Below the pieces are notes generated by a model, which did not search any database, was not told the origin of the DNA, and saw nothing but the letters and a program-made list of their open reading frames with translations. A stretch of 64,000 bases of DNA, taken from contig CBDCMT010000001.1 of assembly GCA_965219095.1 (NCBI GenBank), forward strand, positions 2,016,001 to 2,080,000. Direction: 5' to 3'. Positions 21,269 through 32,329 of this stretch are shown piece after piece (the first letter of the stretch is position 1; each line of letters starts with the position of its first letter). Origin of the DNA: Bdellovibrionales bacterium. GTDB taxonomy: Bacteria; Bdellovibrionota; Bdellovibrionia; Bdellovibrionales; UBA1609. Made by a program: the position numbers and the translations under genes.

Positions 21269-24201
21269 TACCATTTCCAAAAATTAATTCGACATTCTTT
21301 TAACGCATAGCGTCCTGGCTTTTTGATCAAACTCTGTTAAATTTTTAGAGTGTCGAAAAAAGATTTAGTTACACAAATTCAAGGGTATGATTTTCTAGCT
21401 ACTTACAAAGTAGAAAGAAGTGCCAACATCAAGATAAAACTCCAAGCTTTGCAGCATATGCAAGAAGGAAAATCGATTCAAGAAACAGCAAGTATAGTTT
21501 TCTATCACCGTCACAGTATCAAATCCTGGTTACAGTCTTTTGTAGACTTTGATTACGAGGGGTTGATAGATCGAGAAGGCAGAGGGCGCAAGCCTCGTTT
21601 ACCAGTGACAGAAGAAGAGAACTTCAAAATCAAGTTAGATGAAATTCAAGACAAGAGAGAAGGAGGAAGCATAGGAGCAAAGGGAATACAGGAACTTTTA
21701 GCAAATGAATTTGACTGTTGCTATTCTCTTTCTGGGGTTTATGCTCTTTTAGACCGTCTTAATATTGTATGGATCAGTGGTCGTTCTCTTCATCCTAAAA
21801 CTTCACAAGAAGCTATGGAACAGTTTAAGGAACATTTTCCAGAAGAGGTGGAGAAAATAAAGGAAAAGATTCAGACTCATAAAATAGAGATTTGGTGGCA
21901 GGATGAATGCAGAATAGGCCAGCAAGGTTCTTTAAGCAGGATTTGGGCAAGAAAAGGCACACGACCTAGAGTTGTGAGACAAAGACAATTTTTATCCACT
22001 TATATTTTTGGAGCAGTTTGTCCGGATAAAGATAAAGGCTGTGCTTGGGTTTTACCGGAATGTAATTCAGGGATGATGCAAATTCACTTAGATGAGATAT
22101 CTAAAAATATTCAAGAAAACTATCATGGAATTGTTTTAATGGACAGAGCCAGTTGGCATACCACAGAGACTTTGATAGTTCCTAAGAATTTATCCCTGAT
22201 GCCTTTACCTCCTTATAGTCCAGAATTAAATCCCATGGAACAAGTCTGGCAACAATTACGAAGGATCAAATTATCGAATGCATGTTTTAAAAACTATGAC
22301 CATATACTGAATACTTGTTGTGAGGCCTGGAATACTTTTTGCGATCAGGAGGGCAGGATTAAAAAATTATGCACTCGATCTTGGGCAAAACAACAAGATG
22401 AATCAAGCTTGTAAATTAATTTGAACCTATAAATTAAATTGCGTAACTGATTTTTTTCATTTTACATCTTAACCTCACTTTTTTACATTTATTTTAACCC
22501 ATCAATCGATTCACACAACAATAGATATACATAAAATAAACATATCTTATGAAAACTCAACCTCCCTTCAAAAAAAACTTTTTTAAAGCCTCCTAATTGA
22601 AACTTTTCCTGGCTCCTCCCGGGAATCTGTGGGTGAAAAGTAGTAGAAATCCCCCAAAAAGGCTCATATTAATCAAAGTAAGAGTAAGACATTCTATCTT
22701 GTATTTTTGAGTTCTTTGAGGCCCTTACTGGCCTCTATCACCTCCGGTGATTGAACTCAAAAACATTCATTTTATTTGCTTTTATTTGCTGTGTTACATT
22801 AAAATTTTAAAAAAGAAGCACCTACTTCCCAGATGCCTTAAAATGTTATTCAAAAAAAAAAAAAAGGAGGGAAGAGATGCTTTTGAAGACTATACTAAAT
22901 GATTGTTTAAGATGGAAGTCTTTTGTGTACGAAGACATTTATTTTTCAAAAGATAGAAAGTCAATTAATGTTCCTATTAAGGCTCGTAAAAATGGCCAAG
23001 CTTTTTGTAGTGTTTGTAAGAAGCCCTGTTCAGTGTATGACAGCAGTAAATCATCACGGGACTTTGAATCCCTTCCTATTTTAAGTTACAGGGTGTTTTT
23101 TGTTTATTTTGTAAGAAGAGTTAATTGTCCTTGCTGTGGGGTAAAAGTTGAGTATTTACCTTGGGCCGATGGTAAGAAGAGTTTAACGATCTTTTACATG
23201 AAGTATTTAGCAGACTGGTGTCGTCACCTGTCTTGGAAAGAGGTTTCTTGTAAGTTTCATGTCAGTTGGAATCAGGTCTATGCTTCGGTAGAATGGGTCG
23301 TAGAATATGGTTTAAAACAAAGGGTTTTAAAGGGAATACAAGCTATAGGTGTAGATGAAATACAATGGAAAAAGAACCATCAGTATCTCACCTTAGTCTA
23401 TGAAATAAGCAAAGAAAGTGTTCGTTTGCTATGGATAGGAGAAAAAAGAACAGAAAAGAGTTTTAGAAAATTCTTTGATTTACTAGGAGAGAAGTCAAAA
23501 GATATACGGTTTGTGTGTTCTGATATGTGGAAGCCTTATTTAAAAGTCATAAAGGAGAGGGCAAGTGGAGCTTTACACATATTAGATCGGTTTCATATCG
23601 TAGCAAGACTCAATAAGGCTTTAGACGAAGTGAGAGCTTCAGAACACAAAAAAATGAAAGAAGACGGGTATGAACCCCTTTTAACAAAAGCTAGATGGCC
23701 CTTGTTAAAAAATGCAGAAAATTTAAAATCTTATGAAAAAGTAAAATTAAGGCATTTAATACAGTACAATTTAAAAAGTATCCGCTGTTATTTTTTAAAA
23801 GAAGACTTCCGACAGTTATGGACCTATGTTCCACCAACTTGGGCTGGTAAATTTATAGACAGTTGGACGAGACGAGTCATGCTTTCAAAAATTGAACCTA
23901 TGAAAAGAAAAGCAAAAACCATACGAAGACATAAGCTACTTATTCTTAATTACTTCAAGGCTAAAAAAGCCTTCTCCTCAGGGATTGTAGAGGGTTTAAA
24001 CAACAAAGTAAAACTCACTATGAGAAAATCTTACGGCTTTAGAACCTCTAAAGCTATAAAAATCGCCTTATATCATAACCTTGGAAAACTGCCAGAACCT
24101 CCGGAAACCCACAGATTCTTTTGAGGAGGCTTTTTCCTTAAGTCAATTTTAAAATTTTAAATTTGAACATAAAAATGTCGAATTAATTTCTGTAATTGGT
24201 A
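21269..24201 (+). mobile_element. IS630-family element with intact transposase 21350-22414 and an ISL3 inside its 3' region
   Basis: IRs TACCATTTCCAAAAATTAATTCGACATT / AATGTCGAATTAATTTCTGTAATTGGTA; WWQDE, MDRASWH, LPPYSPELNPME. Confidence 0.9.
22611..24130 (+). mobile_element. ISL3 copy 1 (transposase 22877-24124)
   Basis: Zn-finger CSVC/CPCC, GVDE, SDM, DRFH, SGIVEGLNNKVK, YGFR; IRs GGCTCCTC.../...GAGGAGGC; flanks match 7 of 8 bp. Confidence 0.96.
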
Positions 24202-24468
24202 TAACCAGGATTTGATACTGTGATGATGATAGAAAACTATACCTGCTGTTTCTTGAATCGATTTTCCGTCTTGCATATGCTGCAAAGCTTGGAGTTTTAT
24301 CTTGATGTTGGCACTTCTTTCCACTTTGTAAGTAGCCAGAAAATCATACCCTTGAATCTGTGTAACTAAATCTTTTTTCGACATGACTCTAAAAATTTAA
24401 CAGAGTTTTATCAGAAAGCCAGGATGCAATGCGTTAAAAGAATGTCGAATTAATTTTTGGAAATGGTA
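24202..24468 (-). pseudogene. Truncated second copy of the 21269 IS630 (left end plus about 60 codons)
   Basis: MSKKDLVTQIQGYDFL near-identical to ORF 21350, in inverted orientation. Confidence 0.9.
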
Positions 24469-26589
24469 TTACAACTTTCCACAATACTGTAAAGTACTGA
24501 TGCTGTTTCAACTCCTCTCTGAGTCCTTGACCCATGAAAGTTCTTTCTTCCCATCACAGAATGTCGAATCGTTCTTTCTGCTTCATTGTTTGTCATAGGA
24601 ATTTTCTCATTTTCTAAGAATAAATTTAAGCCATCCCAGTGATTAAAGCTATAATCAATAGCCTTTTTTAACCCACTCTCAGGACGAGCTTCTCCATAAA
24701 GTTTATAATACAGATCTTGCAGAGAAAGAACTAAATCCTTTGATTCTGTTTGTCTTAAACTTTTGAGCTCTTCATAAGTTTTTGCCTTTGATTCAACTTT
24801 AAAAATCTTCCCCATAAGCTTTAATACTTTTCCACACTCCTCAGGGTAATTCTGTTCTATGTCAATAAACTTTCTTATCACTGAGACCAACAAAAAGCAA
24901 GATCAATTCCCTTTTCATCCTTAAAGTGTGTTTTATAACTAACGTATCCATCTGTTAAAATAGGCCCCTTATAAGAGCCTAAGAGTTTTTTAATAGAACA
25001 GGCTGAACGGCTCTCACTAAAGTAATAAAAACTTCCTCCCTGATGACTTATAACAAACATGTAGCCGTCCTTTTGATGTGAATTATTAATAGGCCATGGA
25101 GTTTCATCAATATGAATCGTTCTGTCTAGTTTAAGAAGTTCCTCTTTGATCTTTTCTCTCACAGGCTCTAAATAACAACTCACAAAATAACAAAGATTAT
25201 AAAGAGTTCTACAATTCACCTTCAAACCATCTGATTCCATCATTCTTCTTACTCTCTCTAAAGGAAGGTGATACAAGTACTTTTGACTCGCTACTTCTAT
25301 TGCAAATTTTGGGGAGTACTTAGATCCTGGAACAATTTTCTTAGGAACAGGAGCTGATACTATGATCTCTTTTTCTCCCACTTTGCTTGCCTTCAGACGG
25401 TACTTCTAAAGACGATGCGTCTTTCTAACATAGCTTCTTACATGAACATCAACCTCTTTTGACACGTCTTGAATCTTTAATTCCTCCCACTCACTGTCCT
25501 TAGGATAACCATACTGCTGTGCTATATCAGAAAGTTCTTCGTCTGTGAGCTTATGATCTACTCTTATCTCTTTTAAGGCCTTCACCTCCCCTTCTTTAGG
25601 AGCAGGAACTAAACTCTCAGATTCAAGAAGAATTGTCTTTTTAAGCTTCTTTCTACTACGAGAAGATAGTTTTCTTTTTTCACTGGATTTTCCAAATACT
25701 ATTTTCTTGAACTTACTAAGTAGCTCATCATTAAAAAGCTTTAATTGATCTTCTTTGGCCTTTTTCTTCTTAAGCTCATTTAACTCTCTTTTTAAAAGTT
25801 TAAATTCTTTTTTATAAAGGTGAATGAGTTCATTAGAAATCAACTTTATGTTTTCCAGATCTTTTTCCTCTCGAATAAACGAAGGAAGATATTTATATTT
25901 AGGGTTTTCGCTTTTTTTTAAATAAGGAAAAAGACTCATCTGCATACATTAATGTCAACATGTCTGTTTTTGTTTTGAAAGCTTTTTTTTTAAAAAAAAT
26001 AAAAAAAATTTAAAAAAATAATCTAAAAAAATTATCTTTTCTTAAGCTCGTACTTTCTTAAAATTGAACCATGAACTAAAAGATTCAATTCACTCCTTGT
26101 TAACTCGGGAGAACTTAAATCACTTAAACTCATAAACCTTTCTTTCTCCATCCTCTTTGTTAGTAAAACAAGACCACTCCCATCATAGAACAGCCCTTTT
26201 AATCTCTTTCTGTTAAAACCTAGAAAAAGATAAAGATCTCCCAAGTTGATCTCTCCTTCCATCTCACTTCTCACCAGATAACTCAACCTCTCAAAACTCC
26301 ATCGCATGTCTATCTTTTGAGAGCAGACAAAAATACGGTAGCCTTCAGATAAAAAGATCATAAACTCCTCACTAACTCTAAAACCTCTTCCACAAAAACT
26401 TCTCCTTTAAAATCTAAGAAGTATCCTCCTCAGTAGAAGTCAAGGGCTGTTAAAAAACCGACTTACAAAAAATCAAGCTTCCGGATCTATTGGGAAATTA
26501 CTCAAAAGATAAAAGTCTTTTGAAATGAAAAATGTAGTGTATATTTTTGACCCCAAATTTAGGTAATTAAGACTAGTTAAGCTCTTTCT

Positions 26590-27315
26590 TCACAGAGAAT
26601 TGGAGTAAATAGAGAAGAAAGTTCTAGCCTTTAAAGAAGCTGTTCCTACAAGAAAACCATCTACAGAATCGATAGAAAAAATGGTTTTTGCTGTTTCAGG
26701 CTTCACACTGCCTCCATAAAGAAGAGAGGTGGAAGGAGGGCAGAGTGTTTTTAAAAGTTTGAAAACTTCTTCGATTTGAGAGTTATGGGCTGATTGCCCT
26801 GTGCCAATAGCCCATAGAGGTTCGTAGGCTATTATGATTTTTGAATTTTGAGATGGAAGAAGGGCTTTTGTGACTTGAGCTTTAATAATATCTAGGGTTT
26901 TTTGTTTTTTTCTTTCTTCCAGAGTTTCTCCTACACAGATCACAGGTTCTAATTTCAGTTCTAAAAGAGTTTTTATTTTTAAAGCTACATCTTCATCTGT
27001 TTCTGAAAACAAAGTTCTTCTTTCACTGTGTCCTACAAGACAACTTGTAGCACCTATTTCTTTTAACACCTGAGCAGAAAGCTCTCCTGTAAAAGCTCCT
27101 TTGGTTTTAAAATAGCAGTTTTGAGCACCAAATCTTATGTTGGTATTTTTTAACAAACAAGCCGTTGTGGTGAGGTTAACATGGGGTATAAAAAACAAAA
27201 AAGAGCTTTCTTGTTCTTTAGATATAAGAGGTAGAAAGTTTTCAAAGAATTCTTTTGTTTCTTTTGGGTTTTTATTCATTTTCCAATTCGCAGCACAAAG
27301 TACTTGTTTCACCAT
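26590..27315 (-). CDS. tpiA: Triosephosphate isomerase
   Basis: ANWKMN, GAFTGE, GHSERR, AYEPLWAIGTG, YGGSVK. Confidence 0.97.
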   Translation of the reverse strand: MVKQVLCAANWKMNKNPKETKEFFENFLPLISKEQESSFLFFIPHVNLTTTACLLKNTNIRFGAQNCYFKTKGAFTGELSAQVLKEIGATSCLVGHSERRTLFSETDEDVALKIKTLLELKLEPVICVGETLEERKKQKTLDIIKAQVTKALLPSQNSKIIIAYEPLWAIGTGQSAHNSQIEEVFKLLKTLCPPSTSLLYGGSVKPETAKTIFSIDSVDGFLVGTASLKARTFFSIYSNSL

Positions 27316-27326
27316 ACCTCCTTTTG

Positions 27327-28535
27327 TTAAAAAAAGATTTTTCTTAAAGCTTTTATACCTACAGGCTCTTCTCCTTTTAGAAAGTCCAGACTGGCCCCCC
27401 CCCCTGTAGAGATATAATCGATGTCTTTTTCACATCCAAACTCATGGAGGGCTGAAACTGAATCACCTCCTCCCACAACAGTATAGGCTTTACTTTTTTG
27501 CAGGACCTTAGCTATATAACGAGTTCCTTCTTTAAAAGAAGGGTTTTCAAACACTCCCATGGGGCCATTCCAAAAGATCATTTTCATAGGTTTTAGGTTT
27601 TCTTCATAAAAAGCCATTGTTTTTCTTCCTATATCACAGGAAATTTTATTAAAGGGGATGGTTTCTGTAGTTTCAAATTCTAAAGAAGCAAGAGATGATG
27701 TGACTTTATGATCTATAGGTAAAAAGACTTTTTTATCTCGTACAGACATTCTGTTTATAAAATCTTTTGCAAAAGTAAGGCTGTCTTTATCTACTAAAGA
27801 TTGACCTACGCAGTAACCTAAGGCTTTTAGAAAAGTATAACTCATACCACCTCCTATAAAAATACAATCCGTTTTGTCAGCTAGATTTTTGAGAAGAGGT
27901 ATTTTATCTTTCACTTTAGCTCCTCCTAAAATAAGAGCAAAGGGGTTTTTTTCACCGCAAGTGAGCTTTTCTAATTCTTTAATCTCTTTTTCTAAAAGAA
28001 ACCCCATGCCACTTTTTTTTATAAGCTGGGGACAGTGAAACACACTGGCATGAGTTCTATGGCATGAGCTAAAAGCGTCATTGATGTAAATATCTGTGTA
28101 GCTTGCTATGTTCTCTGCTAAGCGGACATCATTAGCTTCTTCCCAAAAAGAAAATCTTAAGTTTTCTAGAAAGATAATTTGTCGTGAAAAATTCATTGTT
28201 CTCAATAAATAGTTTATCCCATTTTTTATAGGATCTTCTGTGACAATGATCTCTTTATTTAAAAGTTTACTGAGGTGATAAGCTAAAGGCTGAACTGAGT
28301 ATTTAGGATCAGCTTTTCCCTTAGGCCTTCCTAAGTGAGTGGCTAGAACGATTTTGGCTTTTCGTTCTAAGAGGTACTTAATTGTAGGAAGGGTTTTTCT
28401 GATGCGAAAGTCATTTTGAATTTCATTGCCTTTTATAGGAACGTTAAAGTCACAACGTATGAACACCACTTTGTTTTCAAGATAGAAGTCCCTTAGAGAG
28501 GGGATTTTTTTTGTAAGAGACGAGTGGGAAGACAT
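27327..28535 (-). CDS. pgk: Phosphoglycerate kinase
   Basis: RCDFNVP, HLGRPKG, LENLRF, GGAKV, WNGPMGVFE, GGGDS, STGGGAS; ATG right after the gap stop. Confidence 0.97.
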   Translation of the reverse strand: MSSHSSLTKKIPSLRDFYLENKVVFIRCDFNVPIKGNEIQNDFRIRKTLPTIKYLLERKAKIVLATHLGRPKGKADPKYSVQPLAYHLSKLLNKEIIVTEDPIKNGINYLLRTMNFSRQIIFLENLRFSFWEEANDVRLAENIASYTDIYINDAFSSCHRTHASVFHCPQLIKKSGMGFLLEKEIKELEKLTCGEKNPFALILGGAKVKDKIPLLKNLADKTDCIFIGGGMSYTFLKALGYCVGQSLVDKDSLTFAKDFINRMSVRDKKVFLPIDHKVTSSLASLEFETTETIPFNKISCDIGRKTMAFYEENLKPMKMIFWNGPMGVFENPSFKEGTRYIAKVLQKSKAYTVVGGGDSVSALHEFGCEKDIDYISTGGGASLDFLKGEEPVGIKALRKIFF

Positions 28536-28536
28536 C

Positions 28537-29544
28537 TTAGAAGCTTTCTTTAGCAACGTAGTGGGCTAGATCTATCATGCGGTGAGAAAATCCTATTTCA
28601 TTATCATACCAAGAAAGCACTTTAGCCATTTTGTTTTCTATGACCATGGTGGAATCTGTATCAATAATAGAGCTGTGTGTATTACCTGTAAAGTCAATAC
28701 TAGTCAGGGGAGCTTTTTCGCAAGCAAGTATTCCTTTCATAGTTGTTTGAGAGGCTTTTTTTAAGACTCCATTGATATCTAAAAGATTTAAGTTTTTCTC
28801 AGAGGTAAACACAAAATCCACTAAACTGACATTTGTTGTAGGGACCCTTACAGCTAAACCATCGATTTTTCCTTTCATTTCAGGTAAAACGCTTCCCACA
28901 CAACGAGCCGCTCCTGTGGTCGTAGGAATGATGGAGGAAAAAGCTCCTCTTGCACGTCTTAAATCCAAGTGAGCACTATCTAAAATCCTTTGATCATTAG
29001 TAATAGAGTGAACTGTAGTCATAAGACCTCTTTTTATACCAAAACTTTCATGAAGAACTTTCACTAGGGGTGCTAGACAGTTTGTTGTACAAGAGGCATT
29101 ACTTAAAAGATTGTGGCTTTTAGGATCATAGGAGTTTTCATTGACTCCCACAACAATCATTTGATCTACGGCATCAGAGGGTGCTGATATGATGACTTTT
29201 TTTCCTCCAGCTTGAAGGTGTTTTTCTAAATCTTTTCGTATTTTAAAGACGCCTGTACATTCTAACACAATATCAGCCTGCCACGATTTCCAAGGAATAT
29301 GGGAAGGATCTTTTTTTTGTGAGATAGGTATATCTTTGTTATCTATATGAAGTGTACTTTCCGAAAAACTTATAGGAGCCTTCCAAACGCCATGAGTGCT
29401 GTCATATTTAAGAAGATGGGCTATGGTCTTTGTAGAAGCAAGATCATTAACTCCTACAATTTTCACGCCCCTTAAAAACCCTTCTTTTAATAACAGACGT
29501 CCTATGCGACCTAAACCATTAATTCCTACTCTTAATTGACCCAT
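28537..29544 (-). CDS. gap: Glyceraldehyde-3-phosphate dehydrogenase, type I
   Basis: GINGLGRIGR, SNASCTTNCLAP, WYDNE. Confidence 0.98.
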   Translation of the reverse strand: MGQLRVGINGLGRIGRLLLKEGFLRGVKIVGVNDLASTKTIAHLLKYDSTHGVWKAPISFSESTLHIDNKDIPISQKKDPSHIPWKSWQADIVLECTGVFKIRKDLEKHLQAGGKKVIISAPSDAVDQMIVVGVNENSYDPKSHNLLSNASCTTNCLAPLVKVLHESFGIKRGLMTTVHSITNDQRILDSAHLDLRRARGAFSSIIPTTTGAARCVGSVLPEMKGKIDGLAVRVPTTNVSLVDFVFTSEKNLNLLDINGVLKKASQTTMKGILACEKAPLTSIDFTGNTHSSIIDTDSTMVIENKMAKVLSWYDNEIGFSHRMIDLAHYVAKESF

Positions 29545-29568
29545 TTTTTACCTCTTTTCTTATGATCA

Positions 29569-30357
29569 TTATGACCAATTGAGTTTTTTAAAAAGTTTTA
29601 AAGCATTTTTTTTAGTTTGACAAGATAATTCATTTAAAGAGATGCTTTTGAGTTCACAAACTTTCTGTGCTGTGTAGACGATAAGGCTGGGCTTGTTTGT
29701 CTTTCCCCTGTGGGGAGTGGGAGCTAGAAAAGGGCTGTCTGTTTCTATATGAAGTTTGTCTAAGGGAGTTTTTAGACAAGCTTCTTGAACCTCTTTAGCT
29801 TTTTTGAAGGTGACTATGCCACTAAAAGAAATATGAAACCCTAAATCTAATACCTTTTGAGAGAAAGAAACAGAGCCTGAGAAACAGTGGATAAGACCAC
29901 AAACTTGAGGATACTCTTTTAAAAGACTTATGGTGTCGTCTTCGGCTTTTCGTGTATGGATTTCCACAGGAAGACCATATTCTAAAGCAAGCTTGAGCTG
30001 CTTTCTAAAAACCTCCTTTTGAATCTCTCGAGGAGAATGTTCATAATAATAGTCTAAGCCAATCTCTCCTATAGCTAAGACTTCTTTTTTATGAAGATTT
30101 TTTTTTAAAAATCTTTCAAAGGCTTCATTATAGTGTTTAGCTTCATGAGGGTGCATCCCTAAAGTACAGTGAAGAAGAGGGAAATTTTTTTCTGCAATTT
30201 CTAAAACTTTATGATTGTCTTCAGGGTTGGTCCCAATATTAATAACACGTTCAACGCCTGATAGAAAAAGCTCCTTTTTGATCTCCTCCCACCCTTGATC
30301 TAACATGTCAATGTGAGCATGAACATCGATCCATTTGTAATCACAGACTTTTCTCAT
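29569..30357 (-). CDS. tatD: TatD-family nuclease
   Basis: IDVHAH, GMHPH, GEIGLDY, HTR, HCFSG, ETDSPF. Confidence 0.93.
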   Translation of the reverse strand: MRKVCDYKWIDVHAHIDMLDQGWEEIKKELFLSGVERVINIGTNPEDNHKVLEIAEKNFPLLHCTLGMHPHEAKHYNEAFERFLKKNLHKKEVLAIGEIGLDYYYEHSPREIQKEVFRKQLKLALEYGLPVEIHTRKAEDDTISLLKEYPQVCGLIHCFSGSVSFSQKVLDLGFHISFSGIVTFKKAKEVQEACLKTPLDKLHIETDSPFLAPTPHRGKTNKPSLIVYTAQKVCELKSISLNELSCQTKKNALKLFKKLNWS

Positions 30358-31261
30358 AAAACCTTCTTAACTGATAAAAATAATTCTCTGTGGCCAAGTG
30401 AAGATCACTGGATGTTTTAAGATCTTTTTCCAACTGTAGCAAGTTTTCAGACCAAAAAGATAAAAGAGTCTCACTAAAATGAGGTTTGTAGGAGAAAGCT
30501 TTAAATAGATCTTCATGAATGGGTCGAACGAATGGCCAAGAATCCTTTACAAATTCCAACCAAAAAGAAAGAATGAAAAATACATTGGTTTTTGTTTCTG
30601 TTTGTAAGAGTTCTAAAGCTTGGGCTGTTTTAAAAGTATCTTTCCAAGCTTGGAAAGATTTTTTACGTAAATCTTTTTTTTCTAAAAGCTCTTCAAGTAG
30701 ACCTGGGCGTCCTTGGCTTGCTCTGAGCATCCAGGGTTCTTTTTTATCACAAAAAGCTCTCATTTCCTCTGTATTCAAAGGATGAAATGAAAGTTTTTGA
30801 GATCGGGATAAAAGTGTGGGCAACATACGAGATGTGTTTTCAGTAAGAAGAAAGAAATAAGCATAAGATGGCGGTTCTTCCAGAACTTTGAGAAGAACAT
30901 GAGCTGATGAATTATTCATTTTTTCTGCACTATCAACAATAACAACTTTAGCTCCATAAGCAGGTTTTAAGTTTAAAAAATCAAGAGCTTCTTTAATAGA
31001 ATCAACTTTTATAGTTTGCGTGTCAGAACTTATGAGAAGTAAATTTTCATGTTGTATGAGGCTCATTTGTTGACAAGAAGAGCATTCTTCACAAGCATGT
31101 TCTGAGTGAGGGCAATTTAAAATAGAAGCTATTTTTAAAGCAAGAGTTTTTTTGCCAATACCGGAAAGCCCTGAGAAGATCCAAGTTGAAGCAAGACGTT
31201 TTTCTTTCAAAGCCTTTAGAAGGAGGTTTTTTTGTTTTTTGTGTCCTATGATTACAGCCAT
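30341..31261 (-). CDS. holB: DNA polymerase III delta' subunit
   Basis: GLSGIGK, Zn module CEECSSC, LLKVLEEPP, LPTLLSRSQ; tmk-holB-tatD order. Confidence 0.9.
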   Translation of the reverse strand: MAVIIGHKKQKNLLLKALKEKRLASTWIFSGLSGIGKKTLALKIASILNCPHSEHACEECSSCQQMSLIQHENLLLISSDTQTIKVDSIKEALDFLNLKPAYGAKVVIVDSAEKMNNSSAHVLLKVLEEPPSYAYFFLLTENTSRMLPTLLSRSQKLSFHPLNTEEMRAFCDKKEPWMLRASQGRPGLLEELLEKKDLRKKSFQAWKDTFKTAQALELLQTETKTNVFFILSFWLEFVKDSWPFVRPIHEDLFKAFSYKPHFSETLLSFWSENLLQLEKDLKTSSDLHLATENYFYQLRRFYEKSL

Positions 31262-31866
31262 TTTTTTTCTTTCAAGCAAGAAATGAGTTTTTCAAGTAAA
31301 ATGTTTTTTGTGTCTAAGCCATTTAAGACGAGCCAATGAGAGGGGTTTTGTTTTGCTTGTTTTAAATAACTGTCCCTAACTCTTTGATGAAAGTCTGTTC
31401 TTTCAACTTCAAAACGATCTTGTTGTTGTCCCTGTCGTCTTTTTTGGCTTTCTTCAACGCTAATATCAACCAGGATGCAGAGGTCAGGCTGAAGCTTGTT
31501 TGTAGCGTAGGTGTTAAGTTCCTCTACTATGACCTCATCGAGTCCTCTTCCACCGGATTGAAAAGCTAGGCTACTTGCTGAAAAGCGATCACAAAGGACC
31601 CATTGGTTTTTTTTTAAGCTGGGGAGGATGGTTTTTTCCACATGTTGTGCACGAACCGCCATGTACAAAAAAAGCTCAGCCAAGCTCACAGGAGCTTCAT
31701 CGCTATGCTCTAAAAGTAAAAGACGTAGTTTTTCAGCTAAAGGTGTGCCTCCAGGCTCTCTTGTTGTTATAAATTGCTTTTTTGTTTGTAAAAGGTAGTT
31801 TTTGAAGCTGTCTAGCAAAGTGCTTTTCCCACTACTGTCAATTCCTTCAAAGGCTAAAAAATACAT
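31252..31866 (-). CDS. tmk: Thymidylate kinase
   Basis: FEGIDSSGKST, TREPGG, CDRF, DRFE. Confidence 0.96.
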   Translation of the reverse strand: MYFLAFEGIDSSGKSTLLDSFKNYLLQTKKQFITTREPGGTPLAEKLRLLLLEHSDEAPVSLAELFLYMAVRAQHVEKTILPSLKKNQWVLCDRFSASSLAFQSGGRGLDEVIVEELNTYATNKLQPDLCILVDISVEESQKRRQGQQQDRFEVERTDFHQRVRDSYLKQAKQNPSHWLVLNGLDTKNILLEKLISCLKEKKWL

Positions 31867-31978
31867 TCTTTAAGTTAACATACGTATAGAGATATAGAGA
31901 TCAACAAGATAGGCTGATGCTTTGTGTCTATTTTCCTGCTTCACTCTTTAAGGTTTTTAACCTATAAAAGAAGAGGAT

Positions 31979-32329
31979 ATGACTTTAATTGCTATTGTTC
32001 ACCTTCTTTTATGCATCTTTTTGATAGTTCTTGTCCTGATTCAAGATTTTAAAGGAGGTGCTATGGGAGTTTTTGGAGGAGGAGGTTCTCAATCTGTTTT
32101 TGGTGCTAGTGGGGGAGGGAATTTTCTCATCACTTTAACAAAATGGGTGTCCTTAACTTTGCTGGCTACAGTTTTAGGTATTAGCTTTATTAGTCAATCA
32201 GGGAAAAGTGTTTTTGAAAAAGAAGATCAGACTGTGAAAACTCAGGATGTGAAAAACCAAAATGTTCAAAAACCAAGTTCAGATAAGAGTTTAGATAAAA
32301 ATTCAAAATCTGAACCTTTTTCTCCTTAA
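31979..32329 (+). CDS. secG: Preprotein translocase subunit SecG
   Basis: Two TM helices around LIQ..KGG...FGGGGSQSVFGA. Confidence 0.9.
   Translation: MTLIAIVHLLLCIFLIVLVLIQDFKGGAMGVFGGGGSQSVFGASGGGNFLITLTKWVSLTLLATVLGISFISQSGKSVFEKEDQTVKTQDVKNQNVQKPSSDKSLDKNSKSEPFSP

Larger units (their letters stand above)
20950..26466 (-). mobile_element. IS66-family element: tnpB 26032-26361, tnpC pseudogene (25945 to about 21158)
   Basis: GTAA...TTAC ends, perfect 8-bp duplication AAAAAATC; IDMRWSFERL (TnpB); FGKSSEKR, HIDETP, TDGY, TNNEAER (TnpC); in-frame stop at 25406, frameshift near 24885, split by the IS630 block. Confidence 0.92.
20563..26563 (+). mobile_element. Internally deleted IS1634-like element hosting nested IS66, IS630 and ISL3
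   Basis: Ends CCTAAATT...TATACACTA / TAGTGTATA...AATTTAGG, TAATTAA on both flanks; transposase 5' remnant 20733-20949 homologous to 58865 onward and continuing at 26467. Confidence 0.85.
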
